The notes under the pieces were generated by a model. The model saw nothing but the letters and a program-made list of their open reading frames with translations, was not told the origin of the DNA and ran no database searches. Made by a program: the position numbers and the translations under genes. Shown here one piece after another: positions 48,871 through 62,899 of a stretch of 64,000 nucleotides of DNA (its first letter is position 1; every line of letters begins with the position of its first letter). The stretch lies in the NCBI RefSeq assembly GCF_009834535.1, contig NC_045696.1, positions 16,866,001 through 16,930,000 of the forward strand. Reading direction: 5' to 3'. Source of the DNA: Camelus ferus. Its lineage: Eukaryota.

Positions 48871-49741
48871 AGATTAAGTCCTAACTGAACATTAGAATAG
48901 GTAAATCGAAAGTTAGTTTTCAGATATTGGTGTTATTAAATACAAACACCACAATTTTGAAGAGTAATCAAATTACTGCTTTATTAAAAACAAGGATTTA
49001 AATAATTTAGGTCACATTTTTCTGACTTTAGAAGTCTTATATCCAACAACATTTATATTTGCATGTTAGTTATGCTATTCTCTGTCAAGTGTGTTGCGGG
49101 CACTGTAGTAGATCAGAATTACTCCTTCTTTCTATCCTTTCTTCCTTCTTTCCTTGCTTTCTTTCCAATATTTTGTGATAGTGTTTTATTCCTTTTAAGT
49201 CCTTGTTATTTTCATCATTTATCATTTATGATTCTCTCAGAGTAGTGTTTACCCCAGTGAAAGACTGTTTATTGAAGATCTGCTTGCCCTTTATATGTTT
49301 ATATCCATTGGCAAATACTCTGGCATTTTCTAATTAAATCATCTCATTTGTCTTATTGGTGATGGAAAGTCTACACTTACGAATGACAAGTGTAGAAGAC
49401 CTATTGTTTCTTAACACTATCGGTGAATTAAAAAAAAATGGAAGGCTTGACAAACGTTGATGGGATTGTACCTACAAAATGCGTAGTAAAAGCATTTTTG
49501 CAGTTGTTATGGAATAAACACCATAAGGACTGCTTGTCACTATTTCTGAAATATCATGGTCATTGTAAGAAATTTAGTGCACTATTGATTACTTTTATTG
49601 AAGACTAAAAACAAAATAATATGCTAAGACTACATGAATGCCTCCTTAACATAAAGTGATTTTTGTTGTTGTTAGCTTGGCAATTTACGATGTAGTGCTT
49701 CCATCCTTGATATTAGCATCTGTGAGCAACTGGTTCTCAGA

Positions 49742-49821
49742 AGAGGGTGTGGAGAAGAGGGAACCTTCTTACACTGCTGGTGGGAATGGGGTTTGGTGCA
49801 GCCATTATGGAAAACAGTACG
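49742..49821 (+). mobile_element. 80-bp internal young L1 ORF2 fragment (C-terminal cysteine-rich region), no tail
   Basis: agagggtgtggagaagagggaaccttcttacactgctggtgggaat...tttggtgcagccattatggaaaacagta translates EGVEKREPSYTAGGN, a typical L1 ORF2 C-terminal segment. Confidence 0.85.
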
Positions 49822-50159
49822 CTCTTCATCTTTTCACCTTTCTGCCGCTCAATATAGAAAAAAAATCAGAAGAAAAGTAGTTAAAGGCTGCATAGAAATT
49901 TAAGGTCAGTGTATATTTGTATTTCTAGCAATCATTAAAGTAGAAATATTAATTACCATGTACCTATAATATATATGTTTATTCCTAAGTTATTAAAATT
50001 AACTACATACTCTGATTTCAAAACATACTTTGTGTTATTTATTGCTTTGTTATTTTTCCCTTTAAAATCGCATACCACACTTCCAATATTTATGGTTTTT
50101 TCATTTAGAATTATTAACCCTATTTTCTCTTTGATACTTTGAGATTCACTTATTATAAA

Positions 50160-50660
50160 AGGGGATGGTCTGGCCCATTATACTTCCAACTTGGTTAAGT
50201 TCCCAACTTGGGAACTGCGTTTCCCAGAATATCCTTTTCTGAGTGGTTTTGTCTCACTTGAGTGAGATTTGGGAGTCAGAAATAAGGCACTTCCCATTGA
50301 TTTCTGAAGTTTGGGATGGTTTGGTTTTTATGACAGATAGACTGGAATAAATCAGCAGATTCCAGCATATTTCAGTGCTCTGCCTCCAGTTCATTTTTCC
50401 AGCTATTGATCAATCAGGCCTCTCCCAGGTGCTTGGCTGTAGACTCCACAATTTTCCTCTAGATTCCCGCATTACTCTCCACGGCTCCATTCTAGTGGCT
50501 GGGTGTGCATGAATATCTGGTTGGTGACTTCTCTGATTCCCCATTTCCTCACTTCGGACTTTCAACTCCTGAGCTTGCCCACATAGTACTTCTGCTTCTA
50601 TGATTGAATCCTAACTGTCATGGAAGTTATAGAGTTCCTGGCTCCGTGCCAGCCACACTT
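50160..50660 (+). mobile_element. Ancient ERVL LTR (LTR41-like)
   Basis: actgcgtttcccagaatatcc.tt, cttgagtgagatttgggagtcagaa, tggtgacttctctgat. Confidence 0.45.
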
Positions 50661-50877
50661 TATATTTTAAAAGATATGCAATTTTGATAATATTCCATGG
50701 TGTATTGGTAGTGGAGAAATATACTCTGGTAAATTCATTATACAATATCTCAACCAGTATGTGCCAAGAAAATCATAGAATGTAAATGAGTGACAAGTTT
50801 ATTTTGGAATTATGGTCTCTCTTCAAGCGCTGCACAGACTAAGAATAATATGAATGATTTACCAGTCAAATTCTTTC

Positions 50878-50987
50878 AAACACTTTACTGAGGTATGATT
50901 AACATGCAAAAAGCTATACATCTTTAATGTATAAAACATGATGAGCTTGGAGATGAATATACATGCCTGAAACTACACTCTATGCCA
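50878..50987 (-). mobile_element. L1MA/MB extreme 3' end
   Basis: ctttactgaggtatgattaacatgcaaaaagctatacat.tttaatgtata.aac.tgatgag.ttggagat. Confidence 0.7.
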
Positions 50988-51762
50988 ACCCAGTTCTTAT
51001 TCCAAGAGTACGTGAAGTGAATATATTCCTTATTTCTTGATTTCATATTGGAATGCAACAGCCATCACTCTTCTTTCCACTTTCGATCTACAAAGTGTTT
51101 ACATGTAATTGCAGTCCCCAGTAAAAAAAAATAAATAAATGAAAAATTAAAACTTATCTGGGAGCTAACCTTACACACAAGTGTGTAAACAATACTTAGA
51201 TCTTCAGGCTCTTGAAAAAAGAGAAATTCCCCCCTCAGAGCCCAGCAAATTGCAAATCTGATTTCTCTCCTTAGATATAACGGAGGGCGAGTGCCACGAG
51301 GAGGGACGATGACAGTAACACTGCATGGAGCAGTTCACGGGCTGCCTTTAATGAGATTTCTGAAGAACTGTACTTTTCATAGGCTCTATTGCAGGAAAAA
51401 TATCACAGTGGGGTTTAATAAAATCAGAGGTTAGTAATAGAAGCAGCACTCTGGGAATATAATAAATAAAGTTTTCTACTTCATAAAATATACCCTTTCC
51501 ACTGAAATTTCCAGCGTATTATAGATGAAATTGCATGAAAGTTGAGTAAGGTCCATGAAAATTACGATTGTTTTTCAGTCTTTAAAACAGATTGTTTTTT
51601 TTATTTACCCGCTAAAACCTGAGTTCAGGGATTAGCTTTTTCCCAAAAGATTGTGACATCTTGAAATGGTCAGAGGGCTGCATTCTCCACAGGATGTTAG
51701 TTAAGAGCTGGATTTGGGGGAGAAATTTGTGGGGATTTTTCAACTACAAATTACTAGAATAT

Positions 51763-52247
51763 TATTGAGATGAAACTGTGCATGATCAAGCTACCCAAGA
51801 TGGCTGTTCTCTTATTCTCTGTACATCCCCTGCTCAGCCAGTGCCTGCTTCACCTACACTCTACTCAACATGACTGACCTTCCTACATACTCCCCTCTGC
51901 ACCAGCTAATGACTGGTCTAATCTTTAGATCAGAACATCTCCACCATGACAGCTTATCAAAGGGCTGGTGAGGGGCATGCCCCTCTGCTAGTTTCCTTGG
52001 TAACCAATAAGCCAGCCTGACATCAATTCTCTCTGTAACTGATAACCTCCCCCTCTCCCTCTGGGAGGGAAGACTGTCTCCTTGTCTTGTCCTCTGTCTG
52101 CTGCACACGGTGGGTTGTCACTCCAGGACCTTGCTTCAGATGTGTAAGATCCTCCTATCCATTATACCATTGATGTCTCTGTCACTGTCACCAGTCTTGC
52201 AGCTGGGAAAGTCCAGTTCTTGTAGGCCTGTGGGGTGCAGTCTAAAA
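51763..52247 (+). mobile_element. Probable ERV solo LTR (family unassigned)
   Basis: GC-richer ~485-bp island with ccaagatggc, CCAAT (aaccaataag), attata (polyA-like) before ccattgatgtctctgtc, ending aggcctgtggggtgcagtctaaaa. Confidence 0.55.
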
Positions 52248-53686
52248 AGCGGTCCCAGTTTTCACTTCAGGGCAATTGAGACTTCATTCTAAAAGAGTTT
52301 AGATTGCTCTTTATCCTATCAGCCTCGGAGCTCTTCAGACAAATAAAAATAAAACAAAATGAATACCTGCTTAGATATCTTAAAATTTTTTTAAAATCTA
52401 ATTTGATCAAAGCTAGGTTGTATTTCTGCCTTTCACAAGAAATGCTGGATTGGAAAAGACAAGTGTTATTTTTTGCTTATTTTAATATTTCATCACTGCC
52501 TAATAAAAGAGGGTTTTTTTTTTCTGTTTTATGGTGGTTAAATTATGTCTCATGCCAAATTCCTTTTCAGAGATTGTGAGATGCACTCATTTGCCAAGAG
52601 GACTTTTTTTTTTTTTCAATCTGGAATTAAAGAAGCATTATTCCACATTCTGTTATTTGTATAGCTAAATGTTTAGTTCACAAATATTTTTCATCCCTTT
52701 GTGAAGTTGAGCAGTTATTCAGCTCACATTTCCAGATAAATTTCTTTTTTTTTTCAGTTTTTGTTTTTTGCCTGTTTTCTGCCTCATCTCATGGAGACTT
52801 CCTCAGTGCATTTGCACTTATAATCAACCAAAGACTGGCTAGAGCTCTACACACATTGGCATGCAGTTTTCTGGATCTCTTTCTCTGTGTATCTTTTACA
52901 TTTCTGATATCTTATCTGACAAGTCAGGTCTCCTCGGTAGCCCCAAATTCCCATTTCTGTCTCCACAGATTGACAAGGATTCTGTGCTCACATTTTTTGC
53001 ATCACATTATGTTAAGTGGATCATCAAGCTATGGGATTTGTTAATGAGAAAATGATGGATGACTTTTGAAAAAATAGTTTTAGTGTATGTGTCAGGATGA
53101 TTCTATTTTAGGTTCATAGATGTGAAAAGGGTAGGGAAGTAACTGGAGTCATTGAAATTTTCGCTGTATGTTTGTTTCCATGGTCAACTCTTCCAAATGC
53201 AAGAGAGATGTGTGCTGTTGTGTTTTTCTAGAATAAGCAGAATAAAGGAGTCATCAACCACAAAGTTGATGCTTATGGCCACAGTAACAGAAATAACACA
53301 AAGCATCATTAACAGTTAGTGGAGGTAAAGAAAACTCCCACCATGTTGTTTTATTTTACTCCTAGTGTTTTGCTCAAGTGAATGCTAATATGTTTAGTGC
53401 AGGATTATGTATTATAACTGTATTTTTTCCATTGGGCTGTAAGAACCTACTTCTTTGATTTTTTGTCCCCTAGTTCATGAAAGATCTTATCTAAGAGTCT
53501 TTTAATATTAAGGTAGTATGGATTTATTTTAAGCTAAGGTTATTTAGTACTTTGCTAATTTCCATCACTAAAATTGTAAAACAATTATAAAGTTGTTATA
53601 TAAATGAAGAAAGAAGCTATCCAGCTCTATTTAGAGAAACACAAGGAAAATAAATGGTTAGAGAGTTAGTATTATTTATCAGCTTT

Positions 53687-53762
53687 GTGTAGTATAGTAC
53701 AGTGTAGTACAGTATATTATAGTACAGTGTAGTACAGATACATAGAATAAAATATAATATAA
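53687..53762. repeat. Degenerate pentanucleotide repeat (TAGTA/CAGTG units fading to AT-rich)
   Basis: gtgtagtatagtacagtgtagtacagtatattatagtacagtgtagtacag. Confidence 0.75.
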
Positions 53763-56157
53763 CCAAAATGACAGACTTTGGACCATAGAATTCATCTGTC
53801 TTCTGTGTTATCATTATTATTCAAAAGAAGCAAGAAGGAGTGCCTGCAAGACAGTTCATAAACCAAACACTTTTGGTCCTCTATAATTTTGTAGATCTTT
53901 TTCAATATAAATCGAATCTACCATTCAGGCAAAATCGAACTGAGAAAGGAAAGTTAACAGACTAAGATTTAGAGGAGAAACTTACAGTTTGAAGTGGCAT
54001 TTTATAAGGGTGAGGGCTGCAAAGCAGGAGGATGAACCAATTTTCAAATAGTTTTTCCACCGCCATGGCATGACTGGGAGCATGTCTTCAGGATGCACTG
54101 ATGTCTTTGGAAGTGGTTGAGTGGTTTGTACATACCCTGCTCTGCAGCTGATTCATCACATAAATAATATGGTAAAGAACATTTGTTTTTGTTGCTGCAA
54201 GTAGATTGGCCTCAGTAAAAAACAGTTGATGCCTCACCATCTTAGCTTATTGTAGCCTGACACATTTCTGCTCTCCTTTCCTCTGACCTGCTCTACGCCA
54301 TGGTTCAGTTCTGATTGTAGGTTGTAGTCCACATAGATGGCTGGCTTTGATTGCACATAGGAAGCTTGTTGATTCTCACTGTCATTCACTATTGATGATA
54401 ATTAATGACTTGCCTTCCTTTAGAAATAGAATGCTGATAATTCTAGAAATGGAGAAAAACCTGTCATGGTCTATACTTCAAGACATTTTATTAAAGGAAG
54501 TCTGGTAATTGAAATGTTCTTATCAACAGAAAAAAAAGGAGTGTATTTCTTGTAGAATAAATGCAGAGAAAAATAAATAAGAAAGGACAGTAAATTCAAT
54601 TTCTTTTCTCCTCTCTCACTTTTCCCATATCATTTCCCATAAATGTTGGAGTTGGATTTTCTTAATATATGTAAGTGTTACTTAGGGTGGCAGAATTGTG
54701 TTCCTACCTCCAGCAACAAAATATCAAAGGAATGACCCCTCTATTTATGGATTTTTATAACAAGGAACTATATGAGAAAGTATGTAAAAAATATACTGCA
54801 TTGGTCTAGCATGCAACCATGTTGCTGCCCTCAGAAAGAAGCCACCATTACAACTCTCCTAAGTCCTTGATCCTTTGTGCTTTTCAAATTCAGAAGAATA
54901 ATATACTGAGCATGTCAATAGAAGTCATTGATTCACAAAGAGTTCAAATATCTACATGAGTTTAATTTTTTTGGTCACCTATTATTTTAAAAACATAAAC
55001 TTTTGTTCTTTCACAAAATGGAAGATTAGACAAATGTATTAATGTATAGGATTGAATTAAATAAAATATTTTCCATTACTTAATCATTGATACAGAAGTA
55101 TACAGTTAAGAAAGAAGTTTCAGTAAGTGCTCATGCCAACTGCATATGCCAGGCTTGGTCACTCTTCATGTTAGGTATTCCAACAATATTACACCAAACA
55201 CCAATCTAGGTGCAGCATGTAAAAAAATATTCAAAACCAGGCATTATCTTTCAACTCAACTATTCTTTAAGCCACCAAACCCAAACATTTTATATATTTT
55301 GGATTTTATAAAATGAATATTGAAATAATATTTATGATAAATGACTTTCCTTATTTTGAAATTTTTTAAAATTAAGTTTTTAAATGTAAAATAAGTAATT
55401 TCTCTTCATTTTAAAAATATAGTCCCTTCCTATTGAAGTTTTAGAGATGATGGGGAGCTCAAGCTGGGTAAGAGCCTGATGAACATACACTAATGAATCA
55501 TAAAATGCCATTTATATGAATCATGGGAACTAGAAGCCTTCAAGTAAAAGGGCACTAGTGCTATCTGGAGACGTTTTGGAAACACACTTTTAAAAGTAAC
55601 CAAGCACTCAGCTTGGTTTCTAGTAGGTATTTAATAAATATAGATGATCAATAAGGAGGTTTTTTTTTTTTTTTAAGTAATAACACTGTTTTTCGCCAAG
55701 GGAACCAAAATGTTAAAAAAATGTTGTGCTTGATTATTCACTTAACAGTCAACAGAAATTGGTCCCTGTGAGAACCAAAGCACAAAAGTCTGAAGAAACT
55801 GAACAGAGCTGAAGGGATTATTTAGGCTTATTTTTTTAACTGGGAGAATAAATAAAATAAGCAGAGCTATGAGAGAATTGAGGCAGACAGATTCTAAGAG
55901 AAAAAGAGAGAAACTGAGTGGAGAAAAAGTATTTCGTATACTAACAAAAAGAGATGTATGCATTTGTATTTTCTGTTTTAATATAAAATATCCTGAATGC
56001 CTGCCTACTTTTATAAATTGATATTTGTATTCATTTATTTAATCAAGAATTCAAAAACTGATTCTTCACAGTGTTATGATGCTATGGCACTACAATATTC
56101 AATGTCTTAAGTATAACTTTGATCTTTAATAAATGAACAGGGTATTTGAAAGAAAAT

Positions 56158-56790
56158 GCAGCATAGTAGTTAAAAACTATAATGGTCAACTTCAGGTAAG
56201 AAGGAACATGAAACCCATAAACTGTAGTGGATTATAGCAACAATATTTCACTTATTTTTCACATTGCATGTTAGGGGCTTTAAGCTTTTTCTTCCCCAGG
56301 TATCTTTTTGTTATGAGCCATAGGCTAAGAGATTATCCCCCACCTAGGATATTCCATTTTGTGCCAGAGAGAAAGAGAGCTGGTAGAAACACATAAGTCT
56401 CTTAAAGTCTGTGGTCAGAACCCTGCATACATATACCTGCTCATTCCACAGACATGTCATGAGTCCAGCCCAGAAGCCACTGGGGCAGGATGTACGCTCA
56501 TCCCTTGCTTTGCACTGTGAGTCTTACAACAATAGCTGGTAGTAGATAGTTCTATTACAGAATGGAGAGTCAATCATATTGACTAAGAAATAGATTCTGG
56601 AGCTGGACTGACTGGATTTTCCACTTACTAGTTACCTACACTTGAGTGAGTTATTTAATTTCTTTTTGCCTTAGATTTCTCATCTATTAAAAACAGCAGC
56701 AACAACAAAACAGTAGTACTTTTCCTGTAGAGCAGAAATGCCAATCAAGAGAATATTTGTAAAGAACTGGGTCAGAGTAAGTACTATTTA
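56158..56790. mobile_element. MIR (+) split by an old MLT1 LTR (-, ~56180-56590)
   Basis: MIR head gcagcatagtagttaa.aac, then MLT1-like agagagctggtagaaacaca...cttaaagtctgtg.tcagaa...gtcatg..tccagccca....ctggggcaggatgtac. MIR resumes tagattctggagctggactg.ctgg...ccacttactag...gagttatttaat. Confidence 0.6.
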
Positions 56791-57029
56791 AGGGTAAAAT
56801 ACATCAGATGGATATTTAAAAAATAATTAAACTGGTTTATTTTAATGATCGCTTCGAATTGCAGGACAGGAGATGCTTGTCAAAAGTATGTACTGAGCTG
56901 TAAACAAAGGAACATTGTTTTTACTAGATTTATTTGATCAAAGTACACATGAAACCAAGACTCTATTGATTGTAAAAGCTGTAAGTTTATTATATTTTCC
57001 AAGTTGCAATACATGTATTTGGTGTTTTC

Positions 57030-57317
57030 AAAAAAAATCACAAAAAGTGAATTAACATATGATTTGTAACCTTTTGTGAAATATCCAGAATAGGTAAGTT
57101 TATAGATATAGAAAGCAGATTGGTGGTTGCCAGGAGCTGGGGAAATTGGAGGATATAATTGCTCAATGGGCCCAGGGTTTTCTTTTGGAGTAATAAGAAT
57201 GTTTTGGAACTAGCTAGAAGTGGTGTCTTCACAACATTGTGCAATTGCTAAATACCACTAAAATTATACCTTAAAATGGTTAATTTTATATTATATGAAT
57301 TTCATCTCAATAAAAAA
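57030..57317 (+). mobile_element. L1MB-like 3' end
   Basis: tgaaatatccagaatagg...agaaagcagattggtggttgccagg...aatgttttggaactag...aaaatggttaattttat.ttat.tgaatttcatctcaataaaaaa. Confidence 0.85.
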
Positions 57318-57324
57318 TGAATTA

Positions 57325-57615
57325 ACCTATAGGATGAGCAAAAGCCTTTCTGAGAGGGAAGATAATAGTGATACAAGCTTACCTCAGGAAACAAGAAAAA
57401 TCTCAAATAAACAACTTATCTTTATACCGAAACCAGTTAACTAGAGAAAGAAGAACAAACAAAACCCGAAGTTAGTAGTAGAAAAAAAATCATAAAGATC
57501 AGAGCAGAAATAAATGACATAGAGACTAAAAAAACACAATAGAAAAGATCAATGAAACTAAAAGCTGGGCTTTTTTGGAAGAAATAAAATTGATAAACCT
57601 TTAGCTACACTCATC

Positions 57616-57646
<31 letters not shown>

Positions 57647-59281
57647 CCAAATCAATAAAATCAGAAATGAAAAAGAAGTTACAACTGATACCACAGAAAT
57701 GCAAAGGATCATAAGAGCTACTGTGAGCAACTGTATGCAAATAAAATGGGCAACCTAGAAGAAATGGATAATTTCTTAAAATGGTATAATTTGCTAAGAC
57801 TGAACCAGGAAGAAATAAAAAATGTGAACAGATCAATTACCAATACTGAAATTGAATCAGTAATTTAAAAACTCCCAACAAACTAAAGTCCAGGACCAGA
57901 AGGCTTCACAGGGGAATTCTACCAAATGTTTAGAGATGAGTTAACACCTATCCTTCTGAAACTACTTTAAAAAATTGCAGAGGAAAGAACACTTTCAAAC
58001 TCATTCTATGAGGACACAATAACCTTGATACCAAAATGAGACACAGATATTACACACAAAAATTATAGCCCAATATCACATATGAACATAGATGCAAAAA
58101 TCCTCCACAAAATACTAGCACACCAGCTCCAACAATGCACTGAAAGGATTACACCATAATCAAGTGTGATTTATCCCAGTGATGCAAGGATTTTTCAATA
58201 TCCACAAAGCAAATGATGTGACACCATCACATACTAACAAACTGAAGAATAAAAACCATATTACCATCTCAGTAGATGCAGAAAAAGCTTCTGATAAAAT
58301 TAAACACCTATTTATTATAAAAACTCTCCATAAAGTGGACATAGAGGGAACATACTTCAACATAACAAAGGCCATATATGACAGACCCACAGCTAACATC
58401 ATACTTAATGGTGAAAACTTGAAAGCATTTTCTCTAAGATTAGGAACAAGACAAGGATGCTCACTCTCACCACTTTCATTCAACATAGCTTTGGAAGTCT
58501 AAGCCATAGCAATCAGAGAAGAAAAGAAAATAAAAGGAATCCAAATTGGAAAGGAAGAACTACAACTATCACTGTTAGCAGATGACATGGTATGATACGT
58601 AGGAAATTCTAAAAACACTACCAGAAAACTATTAGAGCTCATCAAAGAATTTGGTAAAGTTTCAGAATACAAAATTAATATACAGAAATCTGTGGCATTT
58701 CTTTGCACTAGCAAAGAAATATCAGGAGAGGAAATTAAGAAAATAATCCTACTTACCATCACATCAAAAAGAATAAAATTCCCAGGAATAAATCTACTTA
58801 GGAAAGCAAAAGACCTGTACTCCAAAAACAATAAGACATTGGTGAAAGAAATTGAAGACAGCATAAACAGATGGAAAGGTATTCTGTGTTCTTGAATTGG
58901 AGGAATCAATATTGTTAAAGTGGCCATAATACCCATGGCAATTAGCAGATTCAACACATTCTCTATCAAATTACCAATGGCATTTTTCACAGGACTAGAA
59001 CAAAAATTTTCAAAATTTGTATGGAAACACAAAAGACTCTGAATAGCCAAAATAATCTTAAGAAAGAAGAACAAAGCTAGAGGAATTATGCTCCTTGACT
59101 TCAGACTATACTACAAAGCTACAGTAATCAAACAGTATGGTACTGGCACAAAAAACAGACACAAATTAATGGAACAGGATAGAAAGCCCAGAAATAAGCC
59201 CATGCAATTATGGTAAGTTAATCTATGACAAAAGAGGTAAAAATATACAACGGAGAAAAGACAGTCTCTTCATTAAGTGGT
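57325..59281 (+). mobile_element. ~2-kb degenerate LINE-1 ORF2 segment including the reverse-transcriptase domain
   Basis: Fragments translate to [29 protein letters not shown] and LADDM (58575-58589, FADD motif). There are multiple stops and frameshifts, and the segment ends abruptly against an MLT1. Confidence 0.93.
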
Positions 59282-59523
59282 ATGTGGGGAGAATGCCATA
59301 GGAAACAAAGGCAGAGATTAACGTTATGCTGTCACAAGCCAAGGAACACTGAGAGCTGGAAGATGCAAGGAAGGAACCTCCTCTAGAAGTTTCAGAGGGA
59401 GCTTGGCTCTGCCAACACTGATTTTAGACTTATAGCCTCTAAAACTGTGAGAGAATAAACTTCTTTCTTTTCAGTCACTTAGTTTGTGGTGCTCTATCAC
59501 AGTAGCCCTAAGACACTAATATG
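59282..59523 (+). mobile_element. MaLR LTR 3' half (MLT1C-like)
   Basis: ggcagagatt...cacaagccaaggaa...gctggaagatgcaaggaagga..ctcctctaga...aactgtgagagaataaac...agccctaaga.actaata. Confidence 0.85.
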
Positions 59524-61059
59524 CCCTTTAACCCCCTTTTTTAAAATCCTTCAATCTCAATTCAATCATCACAGAACACTTCCCACTTAATGAAATAACT
59601 AGTTCCAATCCCCTTGCTAGGAACATTCCTAGAACCTTATATTGTCCTTCTAACACTTGAATTGCAGTTTTGCATTTTTGCATGATTTTTTAAATTTAAT
59701 ATTTACTCTCCAGTCCCTGCTACAGTCTAATTTCTCTCCCTGTAGGGGGTTTTGCTGTTTTTGTTCATCATTGTAAATCATGGAAATGAAGCGAGTTTCA
59801 GGAGAGAAAATGTACACAAAAGCAATGGTAAAAATTTGTAAATACATGGATGATTCTTGTAATTTATGCTTGTCTCCATCTGATATTCATGAAGGCATGC
59901 ATTCAGTTCTAGGAGCAATGGTGGGAAGACTATGAGGTGAGATGGATAGCAGCAGAATTCTTTATCTTTCTGAGCTTCACAACTAAATGTGCTTCCTATG
60001 TTGATCTGAAGCTGCAATCGATTAACTAAGAGAGAAAAATCCTGGACCTGATAGAGACTTGCACAATTTGTCATCTATGAGAATGAGACACAGATATGAT
60101 GAAATTTCTAATGACACCAAACTTTAGGGGAATTTGACTCTTTGGCTTGATACTAAAAGATGTATTCTATATCTTCACTGGAGAACTTAATATTTACCCA
60201 GTTAATTTTGAGGCATTTTTGTCATCACCGACAAATCTATTTTATTTATGTATCTTATGAAATCAAGCAGTGCACAGTCATTTAATTAGTGTTTTCCAAT
60301 AGTTAATTATTAATATGCTCTTCATGTTTATCTGTTTTCCTTTCCCTTATCTCTACTGTGAGTATGCTGAACACCTAAGTTTAGATATCCTCTCCCAAAG
60401 AGATTTTGTCTTTATCTGACAAAAAATTCTCATATCATGCTGTTACTCTGAATTATGTTTTGCTTCATTACAGTTTCTCCAATTCTTTTTGCCTAAGTAT
60501 TTTCATTTCTGATTCTAGAAAGAAGGCATTGCTATTTTATAAGAACAAAACTGAACAGATTTCTAGATAATAATTAGAAGTTTCTAAATATTGTTATTTG
60601 ACTCTGTAAATGGTTTGTGTTTCTATGTTCTTTGCAGATGGAAATGTTTTAATGTAATAATCAACTCAATTTTGTAATGTTTTGTTGTTTTCAAGATATA
60701 CATTTGGAAAATCAGATAAAGTGTTTTTGCATACAGATATACTACACCTTCTTTATGATTTAAAGAAGATAATTACAAGAAACGTCTTAATGTGTTGATA
60801 GTGATTATGGAATGGGCATATTACAAAAGAATCCCAAGAACATTTTCAGGTGCTCTGTGCTTGGTTCTGGAGGCTTGAGCAAACTGACGCTGTCAGAGGT
60901 GGTGTGGTATGAATGAAGCTGAAATAAAGGTGCTATGAATGTGAGATACCTTTGCAGGGAGAAACTGTCTTTGGACTTGCCTTCTAATTTCAGCTCAAAA
61001 GTCTTCACCAAAAGTTGTGAGATGTCTCAGTAAAGGTCTATGATTTTCCCAAACTGTTA

Positions 61060-61260
61060 TAATAAAAAAGGTAAGCTTTTGATATCCAAATCCCAGGTTT
61101 AAGCCTTTCTTCTGCAAGTTATTCCATGTGTGGTTTTGAAAAAAATCACCTGCATAGTAATGTTTATACTTATAAAATGAAAATCAGGGTAATGCACATC
61201 TTGCAGAACGATGGAAAATAAAGTGAGAAAATTTCAAAACTATGAGAAAACTAAAAATTA
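61060..61260 (+). mobile_element. MIR SINE
   Basis: gcttttgatatccaaa...ccaggtttaag, tataaaatgaaaat, catcttgcag...aaataaagtgaga. Confidence 0.45.
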
Positions 61261-62899
61261 CAACTACCATTTTTTTTGTTTATTATTTATTTTTCTATTA
61301 CCATTGTGGGAAAATAGCTAAATGTGTTTTTTTAACTCTATCAACATTCGGTCAACAAATTTTACTTCTTTGTGACAGTGATTTACATGACCAGATATGG
61401 CTTTGAGTACTAAAAGACTGACATTGTGAATTGTCATATTAATATTTACCAGCTCAAGAAAGTGTTGTGGAAGTTCTGCAAATACTTGGAGAAAATGGCA
61501 CAGTGCCTTTGACAAAGCAGGAAATTCCCATTAATTTTCCCCTGTTCTGTTTTTCCTCCGTATGTTCCAAGTAAACAGACAATTCTCACTATACAAAGAA
61601 CTTTACTAGTTTGGGGAGAAAAATGTGTTTAAGTCTAAGAATTTCAGTACCATATAGCTTTGGCCACTCTTAAAATTGCACATTTGTAAAGCAATTACAT
61701 TGGAGAAATTACAATCTGATTTCAGAACCTACGTCAGAGAAAAAAATTAAGCACAATAACTATGACCGTGAGTGCAAATGTTAAGTCCATTATTAGAACT
61801 AATTACCTATTACTAGGTGGAGCAGCCCAGGAAACCTATTGCTCTAAATATTCACAGCTACTTTGGGTTCTGAGATGTCCATATTATGATAAGAATTAAT
61901 ACATAATTCATCCACATAACACCGAATACTGAATACCAACTTAATTTCTATAAAAAAATGTATCTACTTTCCAAGGAATTACAGCCCATCACTGCTTAAA
62001 TGCTTCTGCAGAGGTCTTAACAAATATCCACCTACAATTATGCATGACATTTAAATTTGTTTACCACAATAAATAAAAGGAAAATGTAATTAGTATTCAC
62101 TCTGGATTATAAGTTTAATACACCTGATTATAATCAAGTAATAAAAACAAAGCTGAACTCCTCCTTGGAGATATCTAAAATGCAATATTTTCAGATGCTT
62201 AACTCTCATGCTAAGGACTGTATATTAGTGGTCTAATATATGCCTTCTAAATCATTTCCTTCCAAAAGCACTTCCTTTATTATATTTTACTAACAACAAT
62301 CAATTAAAAATGTATAAATACTCTGTGATAGATCCTTGTACCAATTTGCATTCCATATTAAGTTGTCATATAAAGAAGAAAAGATATGTAGGCAGAAATT
62401 CACAAATTGTTAGTTAAAAGCATTCATTTTGTTTTATGCTATAGTCCAATTAACCACATAGTTGTGGGCTTTATGATGACTATGGAATATAAAACCAACT
62501 TGACTTAAATGGAATAAAAATGAGAGATATAGTGTATCTCTACACTGTATCTTTATAGTATAGCTCCCCGTTTTGAAAAGATGGTTTAGAAATAAATTTC
62601 CTCTCTGTAAAATATAATAAAGTACACTAATGAAATTTTCACTTGAAAATTTTGTGCGTCATATTAAAAATTCAGATGGGATTTTTGAAAAAAGATAGCT
62701 ACTCCATTTTGAACAGAATAATTACCAAACTATACTTGGGAAGTATTTGCTGAGCAAAACTCTCTCTGTGTGCCTTTTAAAATACTTTCACTTAGATTTA
62801 ACTAATTTAGTTAGTGGTCTGAGATGAGGAAGGCAAGTGATGACTTATATGGATTGCTTAATACCCTACGGTGACTCTTCTCAGAGTGATGATGCCAAC

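Noticed and set aside
58160..59074. 108-aa and 191-aa minus-strand ORFs
   Set aside because: Antisense frames of the degenerate L1 ORF2, a common artefact.
62525..62552. Short hairpins here and at ~12497-12545, ~49370-49397 and ~50198-50216
   Set aside because: Stems of 8-12 bp are expected by chance in AT-rich DNA of this length, and no RNA family was recognised.
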